DNA of 64,000 nt, from NCBI GenBank assembly GCA_038087875.1, contig JAXLNO010000385.1:558001-622000 (forward strand), read 5' to 3'. The position numbers and the translations under genes were made by a program. Each line of letters starts with the position of its first letter. The stretch's first letter is position 1. This DNA comes from Malacoraja senta (Eukaryota). Shown here in pieces: positions 54,323 through 64,000 of this stretch. The notes under the pieces were generated by a model. It made no database searches. It was not told the DNA's origin and saw nothing but the letters and a program-made list of their open reading frames with translations.

Positions 54323-57300
54323 ATGTGGGAAAAGGTTTATGAATATTACGCCGTGCAGAAAATCCTGTACGTGATCATTGCTGCCGTTGGAGTCCCTGGT
54401 AAGTGAGCAGAACAATTCAAGTTTTATAACTCCATCCGTGTGTTAACTGGTGTTGACCTGATTCTCATCATGTTACAAGTTCCCAACTGATGATCGTTGT
54501 ACAAGAATATGTGAAGAATATCAATCCTCTCAGTGAAATATTTGTGAATTAACGCTGCTGTGATTTTTCTTATTTTCAGACAGCTGAAGCTAAGCCTCTT
54601 TTTCTCTCACTGCTGCCGGCCGGGAGCCACTAGAATGTTGTTCTTGCCTTCAGTGGGACCTTGCCCAGAGTTGTCCCAGTGCTCGGGACAGGCAGGCAGG
54701 CAGGAAGCCAGCTCTCCGGGACGGTGTGACTGGGAGAGAGGGGTTTACATTGTGAAGTTCACTGTGTCTGAGTTATTGATCAGAGTGAACACCCGCTCCT
54801 GTGGACACTGTGTCTCACTGTGGAGTCTGTCTGTCACAGTCGGATTCCACCCCACCGCCTGTTGGTCAATAATTGGATCCATCTCCTGGACCAGTGGCCG
54901 CGGATCTACCGGCGTGTGTGTGTGTGTTGTTACTTCACCTGCACCATCTTGAGTCTGCTGAGATTAGCCGCTGTAATGTCTAAACTAACCCGACTGACTC
55001 CCCCCCCCCTGTCTCTGTGCTTTGGTACATATATCCCACACCATTCATACATGGGGATCATAGGTTGCATTCCTGGCACCGGTCTGGATTTCGTGTGTGG
55101 GAAAGAACTGCAGATGCTGGTTTAAATCGAAGATAGACACAAAGTGCTGGAGTAACTCAGCGGGACGGGCAGCATCACTGGAGAGAAGGAATGGTGACGT
55201 TTCCGATCAAGACCCTTCTTCAGTCCCATTCCTTCTCTCCAGAGATGCTGCCTCTCCCGCTGAGTTACTCCGCTTTCTGCGTTGCCCTTCAGGACCAGAA
55301 GGGGTGAACTCTCATTTGCAACAATTGGCCTCTGCTTCAGGAGGAAAGTGTGAAGGGCACCTTGTGTGGGAAGGGAGAGAAAGAGGAATATCAGGGATAT
55401 TGGATATGTTGGCCATTGTAGTGCGTTCTTCCCCCAGCTTTACCTTTACCTTTAGAAAGGAGATGAGGAGGAATTTCTTTAGACAGAGGGTGGTGAATCT
55501 GTGGAATTCATTGCGGCAGACGGGTGGAAGCCAAGTCAATGGATATTTTACGGCGGAGAGTGATAGATTCTTGATTAGTGCGGGTGTCGAGGGGTTACGG
55601 GGAGAAGGCAAGAGAATGGGGTTGAGAGGGAAAGATAGATCGGCCCTGATTGAATGGCGGAGTAGACATGATGGGCCGAATGGCCTAATTCTGCTCCTAC
55701 GAGCTGCACTCTTGTGTAAAGTGTTTAAGAAGGAACTGCAGATGCTGGAAAATCGAAGGTAGACAATGCTGGAGAAACTCAGCGGGTGAGGCAGCATCTA
55801 TGGAGCGAAGGAAATAGGTAACTATTCCAGTCTGAAGAAGGGTTTCGACGCGAAACGTTACCTGTTTCCTTCGTTCCATAGATGCTGCCTCACCCGCTGA
55901 GTTTCTCCAGCACTTTTGTCTACACTTGTGTAAAGTCCTTTCTGAGTAATTTCCCTTATCTGTGCTGAATGCTAACCTGGTTCTGGAAGGGCCGAGTTTG
56001 GGGATAATGCAATAGGTGAAGTAGTTTGTATCAAGAGCCATTGGGATAACCTCAGTGGAAGCTTGAGAGTGATGAGTGGTGAGTGTGGAATTCTCTGTCT
56101 CAGAGGGCGGTGGAGGCAGGTTCTCTGGATGCTTTCAAAAGAGAGTGGATAGGGCTCTTAAAAATAGCGGAGTCAGGGGATATGGGGAGAAGGCAGGAAC
56201 GGGGTACTGATTGGGGATGATCAGCCATGATCACATTGAATGGCGATGCTGGCTCGAAGGGCCAAATGGCCTCCTCCTGCACCCTGTTGTCTCCTGAACT
56301 CACTGTGTAATGAATCCATTAACGGAGCCACTCTGTTGACGGATTTCATGTTGACCCTGCCTTCCCTCTGGAAGCCACCCTCCTCGTCCCCATCAGATGC
56401 CAAGTTCCCAGAGCCCTGGTTAAACGCGGCCGGCCGCTCACGGTAAGTCTGTGAATGCGGCCCCATCACAGACTGTGAGCAGCAGCAGGGTTCACTATAG
56501 AAAGGACCATTACGCCTATTGTAGCGGGTGGTTGGCTGCTTGTTCCCTCCCCGCCCTTTACACCCTCTGCCCGTCACCTTATCTCTTGTCCCCTGAAGCA
56601 GGCAGGCAGGTCGGGCACAGTCGGAGCCGGCTCTGACATTGTTAAACTTGCAGCACCGACTCCAACACTCCCGATCTTGAGCTGAAAGTCGAGCCGGTGT
56701 TCAGCCCCCCCCCCCCCCCGGAGGACCGTGTTGAGTAAATGCCCAGTGTCCGTTCCCTTGTCTTTCCGCAGTGAATTTAGTGGCGATTGTGATCCTGTCC
56801 CGGGGAAAGTGTGGCCTCTCCACCTGCACCACTCGCTACCTGGTGGCCATGGCAGCGGCCGATCTACTGGTCCTCATCACCGAGGTCATTTTGTATTGGA
56901 TCCGAGCTCTTTACTTTTATTGGAGTTTCCTGACCATCACCCCTGTGTGCAGTGTTAACTATATACTGATGTCTGCAGCTTCAGACTGTTCTGTCTGGTT
57001 CATCGTCACTTTCACCTTTGATCGCTTTGTCGCCATTTGTTGCCAGAAGCTGAAAACTAAATATTGCACCGGGAAAACTGCGGCTGTGGTTCTGGCAACA
57101 GCCGGCGTTCTGTTCTGTGTGAAAAACATCCCCCGCTACTTCACACGGGAACCCTGGTATATCATCGACAATGTCCCGTGGGGCTGTAACATGGCGGACA
57201 GTTATTACACTGACCCCGGGTGGGTGGCATTTGACTGGATCGACAAGGTTTTAACTCCGTTCCTCCCTTTCGCTGTAATCCTGCTGCTCAACGCTCTGAC

Positions 57301-57679
57301 AGTCCGCCACATTTTAGTGGCCAGTCGGGTCCGTAAGGGGCTGAGGGGTGAGAGCAAGGGGGAGAACCGCAGTGACCCGGAGATGGAGAGCAGGAGGAGG
57401 TCTATGGTTTTACTCTGCACCATCTCCGGCAGCTTCATCCTCCTGTGGCTGACGCTGGTTGTAAACTTCCTCTATTATCAGATCACAGGAATTGGAAAGG
57501 ATCTGAATGATTCTCAATATATCTTTAACAACGTCGGGTATTTGCTGAAGAATCTCAGCTGCTGCACCAACACATTTATTTACGCGGTGACCCAGTCCAA
57601 GTTCAGGGAGGAGGTGAAGTGCGCGGTGAAATATCCGCTCACCTCAGTGCTTCGGCTCATGAATAAATCCGCGCCCTGA
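54323..57679 (+). CDS. GPR139/GPR142-like class A GPCR, copy C (divergent subfamily); join(54323..54398,56772..57679), 327 aa
   Basis: Exon 1 reads MWEKVYEYYAVQKILYVIIAAVGVP+G with a consensus GTAAGT donor at 54399. Acceptor ccttgtctttccgcAG ends at 56771. The spliced TM1 reads AAVGVPVNLVAIVILSRGKCGLS. AAADLL, FTFDRFVAIC, NTFIY and SKFREE motifs are present, and the intron position and phase match copies A/B. Confidence 0.92.
55723..55924. mobile_element. Penelope-like short insert with inverted arms, hammerhead-like core and 12-bp target duplication
   Basis: CTTGTGTAAAGT occurs at 55711 and 55925. About 60-bp inverted arms surround CTGAAGA-AGGGTTTCGACGC-GAAACGTT (from 55832). Confidence 0.7.
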
Positions 57680-57799
57680 GCGCATCCATCCCAGAGGCGG
57701 GCGGGCGGCCGCAGTCTCTCCACTCCGGGCTCCGGCTCCTGACATTCACCGCCGGAGCCATGAGGGAGGGAGGGGGGGGGAGGGAGGGGGGGGGAGGGA

Positions 57800-58100
57800 G
57801 GGAGCTGGCCAAAGTTGACCGCAAAGATACACTAGCAGGGATGAGAGAGAGTGGAACAACAATAGGTATTTCTGGGAATAATACAGAAGGAGCAGGATCA
57901 GTTCATTCCAAAGAGGAAGAAAGATTCCAAGGGGAGAAAGGGACGACCGTGGCTGACGAGGGACGCCAGGGACAGTATAAACATTAAAGTGTAGAAGTAC
58001 AACGTAGCAAAGATGAGCGGGAAGCAAGAGGATTGGGTCATGTTTAAAGAACAACAGAAGATAAACAAAAATACATTACGGGGAGAATAGATGAGGTACG
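57800..58100 (+). mobile_element. CR1 ORF2 fragment
   Basis: Similar to ~19570..19880 (ggagctggccaaagttg...caggatcagttcattcc...agatgag.tacg). Confidence 0.75.
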
Positions 58101-59958
58101 GGGAGAGAGAGAGAGTGGGGGGGAGAGGGGGAGAGAGAGGGGGGAGAGAGAGGGGGAGGGAGAGGGGCGGGAGAGATGGGGAGAGAGACGGGGAGAGAGA
58201 GAGACAAAGAAAGAGAGAGAGACAAAGAAAGAGAGAGAGACGGGGAGAGAGAGAGAGGGAGAGAGGGAGGGAGGGTGAGAATGGGGGGGTGAGAGTGAGG
58301 GAGAAAGAGAGGGAGAGAGGGGGAGTGAGGAGGAGGAGAGAGAGATGAGAGAGAGAGAGAGGGGGGGTGAGAGTGAGAGGGAGAGGGAGAGGGGCGGGAG
58401 AGGGAGAGAGAGTGCAGAGAGAGAGAGGGATAGGGGAGAAGGGGGAGAGAGAGGGGAGAGAGGGGGAGAGAGGGGGAGTGAGGAGGAGGAGAGAGAGAGG
58501 GGGGAGATATGGGGAGAGAGATGAGGAGGGGGGAGGAAGAAGGGGGAGAGTGGGAGAGAGAAGGAGAGATAGAGAGAGAGCTTGACTGGAGAGAGGGCGA
58601 GAGAGAGGGAGAGAGTGAGAGGACAGAGAGAGGGGAAAGAGGAAAGAGGAAGAGGGGAGAGTGGTGGGTTGAGAGGTTGAGAGAGAGAGGGAGAGAGAGT
58701 GGGGAGGGAGGGGGATAGAGAGCGGAGGGAGAGAGAGGGGGGAGAGGGAGGGGGGAGAGAGGGAGGGGGATAAAGAAAAGGGGGAGAGAGGGTGAGAGAG
58801 AGGGGGAGAGAGAGACGGGGAGAGAGCGGAAAGAGAGAGAGAGAGAGACGAGAGGGAGAAAGAGAGAGAGAGGGGGAGAGAGGGGGGTGAGAGAAGGGCG
58901 GGAGAGAGAGAGGAGAGAGAGAGAGACGGGGCGAGAGAGGGAGAGAGGGGGGGAGAAAGAGAGAGGGCAGAGAGAGAGAGGGAAAGAGAGATCGGGGAGA
59001 GAGGGGGAGGGAGAGACATAGCAGAGAGAGAGTAAGAGGGGGAGAGGGGGAGAAAGAGAGAAAGGGGCACAGAAGGGAAAGAAAAGGGGGTGGAGAGAGG
59101 GGGATTGAGAGTGGGAGAGAGAGGGGGAGAGAGGGGACGTGAAAACGAGGGAAGAGAGAGGGAATAGAGAGATGGGAGAGAGAGGGGGGAGAAAGAGAGG
59201 GGGAGAGAGAGAGGTGCAGAGAAAATGGGAGAGAGAAAGAGGGAGAGAGAGAGAAGAGATGGGGAGAGAGAGAGAATGGAGAGACAATAGACCATAGACT
59301 ATAGAGAGGGAGAGAGGGAGAGACTGAGGAGAGGGAGAGAGAGAGAGAGGAGAGGGGAGAGAAAGGGAGAGAGTGACGGGGGTAGAGAGAGGGAGAGAGA
59401 GAGAGAGAGGGGAGAGAGGGAGGGAGAGAGAGAGAGAGGGGGAGAGAGGGAGGGAGAGAGAGCGAGAAAGAGGAGAGAGAGGAGAGAGAGAGAGAGTGAG
59501 GTCAGAGGGAGAGGGGAGGGAGAGAGAGTGAGAGAGAGAGAGGGATAGGGGAGAGGGGGGAGAGAGAGAGGGAGAGAGAGGGGCAGAGAGAGAGGAGGAC
59601 AGAGGGGGTAGAGAGAGAGTGGGAGAGAGAGCGGGTGAGTGAGAGAGGGGGACAGAGAGGGGTAGAGTGAGAGGATAGTGAGAGAGGGGAGAGAGAGGAC
59701 AGTGAGAGGGGAGAAAGAGGGGAGAGAGAGAAGGTAGAGAGAGGGGGAGAGAAGGGGGAGAGGGGTATAGGGAGAGGGAGAGAGAGGGGGAGAGAGGATC
59801 AGAGGGGGAGAGGGGGAGAGGGGGGGTGAGGGGGTGAGAGGGGAGGGAAAGGGGGGACAGCGAGAGAGGGGGGTCGAGTGAGGCGGGGGAGTGGGGGAGT
59901 GAGAGAGGGACGGGAGACAGAGAGAGAGAGGGGGAGAGAGACAGAGAGAGAGAAAGGG

Positions 59959-59994
<36 letters not shown>

Positions 59995-60727
59995 GAGAGA
60001 GGGGAGAGAGAGGGAGTGAGAGGAGGGAGAGAGTGGGGGAGAGAGAGAGGGGAGAGAGGGGGAGAGAGAGTGGGGGAGAGAGAGAGGTGTAGAGAGAGAG
60101 GGGTGAGAGAGTGGGGGAGAGAGGGAGAGAGAGAGGAGGGAGAGAGAGAGGGGGTAGCGAGAGTGGGGAGAGAGGGGGAGAGCGAGGGAGAGAGAGAGAG
60201 GGAGAGAGAGAGGGGGAGAGTGGGGGAGGGAGAGAGTTGTAGAGAGAGAGGGGGGAGAGAGAGTGGGGAGAGAGGGGGAGAGAGAGGGTAGAGGAGAGGG
60301 GGGAGAGAGAGAGATGTAGTGAGAGAGGGAGAGAGAGAGAGGGGAGAGAGAGAGTGGAGAAAGGGGGAGAAAGAGAGGGGGAGAGAGAGAGGGGGGGGAG
60401 AGAGTTGGGGGGGGGGGGGAGAGAGAGGGAGAGACAGAGGGGGGGAGGGAGAGATGGGAAGAGACGGGCAGAGAGACAGAGAGGGGGAAGAGCGAGTGAG
60501 AGAGAGAAGGGGAGAGAGAGGGGTGGAGAGAGGGAGAGAGGGAGACGGAGAGAGAGACAGACGGAAAGGGGGAGAGAGAGAGGGGTGGGAGAGAGGGAGA
60601 GGGAGAGAGAGGGGAGAGAGAGAGAGGGAGAGGGGGCAGCGAGAGGAGTAGAGAGAGAGAGGCGAGAGAGAGGGGGAGAGAGAGTGGGAAGAGAGAGGGG
60701 GAGAGAGACGGGAGAGAGAGAGGGGGG

Positions 60728-60765
<38 letters not shown>

Positions 60766-61919
60766 GAGGGGAGAGAGAGAGGGAGAAAGGGGGAGAAAGA
60801 GAGGGGAAGAGAGAGGGGGGAGAGAGAGTTGGGGGGGAGAGAGAGGGAGAGACAGAGGGGGGGAGGGAGAGATGGGAAGAGACGGGCAGAGAGACAGAGA
60901 GGGGGGAAGAGCGAGTGAGAGAGAGAAGGGGAGAGAGAGGGGTGGAGAGAGGGAGAGAGGGAGGGAGAGAGAGACAGACGGAAAGGGGAGAGAGAGAGGG
61001 AGAGGGAGAGAGAGGGGAGAAGAGAGAGAGGGAGAGGGGGGCAGCGAGAGGAGTAGAGAGAGAGGCGGAGAGAGAGGGGGAGAGAGAGTGGGAAGAGAGA
61101 GAGAAGGGGAGAGAAAGAAGGGGGGAGAGAGAGGGGGAGAGAGAGAGGGGAGAGAGATGGGAGAAGAGGGGAGAGACACGGGGAGAGAGGGGAGAGAGAG
61201 AAAGAGTCGGAGAGAGAGAGACAGGAAGAAAGAGAGATGATGAGTGAGAGAGAGGGGGGGAGAGGGAGTGGGGGAGAGAGAGGGAGAGAGAGAGGGAGAG
61301 AAAGGGGACAGAGAGGGGGAGAGAGAGAGAAGGCAGAGAGAGTGGGGGAGAGAGAGAGGGAAGAGAGTGGGAAGAGAGACATGTGTAGAGTGAGGGGGAA
61401 GAGAGAGAGAGGGGAGAGAGAGAGATGGGAGAGAAAGGAGAGAGCGAGAGGGGCGAGAGAGAGTAGAGGGGGAGAGAGGGGAAGAGGGAGAGAGTGGGCA
61501 AGAGGGAGAAAGAGAGAGAGGGGGGAAAGAGATGGGGATTGGGATTGAGATGGGGAGAGTGGAGAGAGATGGGGGAGAGAAAGGGAGGTGAAAGAGAGGG
61601 GGGCAGTGAAAATGGCAGAGAGAAAGCGGGAGAGAGAGAGAGAAGAGAGAGGGGGAGAGAGAGAGAAAGGGGAGAGTGGCGAGAGAATACACAATAGACA
61701 ATGGAGGGAGAGAGAGAGAGAGGGGAGAGAAAGGGAGTGAGAGAGAGAGAGGGGGGTCGAGTGAGGGGGGGAGTGAGAAAGAGGCGGGAGAGACGGTGAA
61801 AGAGAGATGGGGGCGAGAGAGACGGAGAGAGATAGCGAGTCGGGGAGAGAGGCGGGGACACAGAGAGAGAGGGCAGAGAGAGAGAGAGAGCGAGGGAGAG
61901 GGGGTCAAAGAGGGGGGAA

Positions 61920-61950
<31 letters not shown>

Positions 61951-62006
61951 GGGCAGAGGGGGGAACAGAGAGAGAGAGAGGGTAAGAGAGGAAAGCGGGA
62001 GAGAGA
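58095..62006. repeat. ~3.9 kb polypurine (GA/GGA) low-complexity tract
   Basis: Almost exclusively A/G on the + strand, ending at the N gap. Confidence 0.97.
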
Positions 62007-62206
62007 NNNNNNNNNNNNNNNNNNNNNNNNNNNNNNNNNNNNNNNNNNNNNNNNNNNNNNNNNNNNNNNNNNNNNNNNNNNNNNNNNNNNNNNNNNNNNN
62101 NNNNNNNNNNNNNNNNNNNNNNNNNNNNNNNNNNNNNNNNNNNNNNNNNNNNNNNNNNNNNNNNNNNNNNNNNNNNNNNNNNNNNNNNNNNNNNNNNNNN
62201 NNNNNN
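62007..62206. other. Assembly gap (200 N)
   Basis: Run of N. Confidence 1.
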
Positions 62207-64000
62207 AAACTTGAATTGTTCTGCTCACTTACCAGGGACTCCAACGGCAGCAATGATCACGTACAGGATTTTCTGCACGGCGTAATATTCATAAACCTTT
62301 TCCCACATTTTCTCTGCCCAGCGACATGTCCCCGTGAGCTACCGGTAATGTCTCGGAATGAAATGCTGGGGCAGAACTTTCCTGGAGATTTTATACCATT
62401 TTCCGTCAACACCGGGACAGTGAAGTTTCAACAGAGTTTAAAAATAGAGATTTAGAAATGATTCACAAACAGATGACATCAGCCGAGTGAAATCCCTGCT
62501 GAGACAGGTTTGTGATTTAATCAGGGAATTGATTGAGAAACTCCAAAGACTGGGAATTGTGGCGATAGATACTGAGGGATGGAAATTGGGAGCGGCGGCA
62601 TTGTTCCAGCAAAGTGGATATTGTTTCAAACTCCATCATATCCAACTCTCCACCTCATGTTGTTTGTCTGATTTCCTTCAATCCGTTTCACTCAGCAAAG
62701 CAATGCCAAATTCCAGGGACCCTCTCAGGGCTTCTGGTGCCCAGTTTGAAGGTGGACTGGACCGGGCGACCTTTGTCCACAGGTTGAGGAATTAGTTCAA
62801 CACATCACCTCGGACTAAAATGCTCCCTCCCCCTCCACTCTGCTTCACCACTCAATATGATCGCGGCTTCACTGACTGTGACCTCAACCCCACACTCCCG
62901 CTGACTGACCCGGGAACCATTCACTCCCTGCTTGCCTGGAATAGATCTGACTATACCATGGGACAATAACATTCTCTGCCTTCCTTCATCACCTCTGTGG
63001 AGGAACGACCCAAAGACTCACGACACTCAGAGAACAGAGACATTGCCGCCTCAGAATTGTCCTCAACCTAAATAAAACAGCGAATGATACAGCACCTCTC
63101 CCTCCTCTCTTTCTCTCACCCTCCATCCTTACTACTGTCACTCTCTCTGAACTGTTACTCTCTCTCCTACGCTCTCTATTCCCCTTCCCTGGGCTGCCCT
63201 CTCTTGGTCCACTGATGGGGTGACACACAGTGGGATAGTGCTGATGGATGGACAAAAATGGGGCAGAATTGACGCAGTGACACACTGTGGTGGAACTGAT
63301 GGAGGGAAACACTGTGGTGGTACTGATGGAGGGACACACTCTGGTGGTACTGATGGAGGGACACACTGTGGTGGTACTGATGGAGGGACACACTGTGGTG
63401 GTAATGATGGAGGGACACACTGCTGTGGTACTGATGGAGTGACACACTGTGGTGGTACTGATGGAGGGACACACTGTGGTGGTACTGATGGAGGGACACA
63501 CTGTGGTGGTACCGATGGAGGGACACACTGTGGTGGTACTGATGGAGGGACAAACTGTGGTGGTATTGATGGAGGGAAACACTGTGGTGGTACTGATGGA
63601 GGGACACACTGTGGTGGTACTGATGGAGGGACACACTGTGGTGGTACTGATGGAGTAACACACTGTGGTGGTACTGATGGAGGGACACACTGTGGTGGTA
63701 CTGATGAAGGGAGACACTGTTGTGTTCTGATGGAGGGACACACTGAGGTGGTACTGATGGAGCGACACTGTGGTGGTACTGATGGAGGGACACACTGTTG
63801 TGTTCTGATGGAGGTACACACTGTGGTAGTACTGATGGAGGGACACACTGTGGTGGTACTGATGGAGCGACACTGTGGTGGTACTGATGGAGGGACACAC
63901 TGTTGTGTTCTGATGGAGGGACACTGTGGTGGTACAGATGGAGTGACTAACTGTGTGGTACTGATGGAGTGACACACTGGTGGGACTGACGGTGAAACAC
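62207..64000 (-). repeat. Inverted near-identical copy of ~53000..54424 (GPCR copy C upstream region, exon 1 and minisatellite); continues past the window end
   Basis: The reverse complement matches 54424 back to the 27-bp array with only scattered substitutions. Confidence 0.9.
62233..62308 (-). CDS. First coding exon of a fourth GPR139-like receptor (copy D), identical to exon 1 of copy C; remainder lost in or beyond the N gap
   Basis: The reverse complement is identical to 54323..54398, including the GTAAGT donor. Only 26 nt of intron are present before the gap at 62007..62206. Confidence 0.7.

Noticed and set aside
57898..62253. ORFs of 465-1261 aa rich in S/L/P or E/R/G
   Set aside because: They are stop-free by composition of the polypurine tract and have no domain content.

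Overview
Repeat-dense vertebrate genomic DNA, very probably from a cartilaginous fish (skate/ray/shark). That assignment is inferred from CR1 LINEs with (TTCTATGT)n tails, HE1/V-type tRNA SINEs and the receptor family present. The only intact genes form a cluster of two-exon class A 7TM receptors of the GPR139/GPR142-like type. Three are complete once short first exons that are not evident in the ORF track are spliced on: join 11345..11414+8946..9850 (-), 37478..37547+39021..39925 (+) and 54323..54398+56772..57679 (+). A fourth first exon (62233..62308, -) runs into an assembly gap. The receptors lie in two inverted duplications: about 4.2-12.4 kb vs 36.5-45.2 kb, and about 53.0-54.4 kb vs 62.2-64 kb. 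Each pair straddles a 200-N gap, so relative orientation is assembly-dependent. The first pair differs at 24 of 324 residues, about three quarters of them on the extracellular face. The rest of the window contains an intronless THBS2-like retrocopy in two copies, a decayed C2H2 zinc-finger fragment, a DIRS-type tyrosine-recombinase retrotransposon and Helitron elements with a PIF1 helicase remnant and hairpin-CTAG end. It also holds Penelope-like short inserts with minimal hammerhead-ribozyme cores, Harbinger-like MITEs, Tc1, L1, L2 and many CR1 fragments, micro/minisatellites and a ~3.9 kb polypurine tract. Boundaries of repeat features are approximate, and family assignments come from motif recognition by eye, not database searches.
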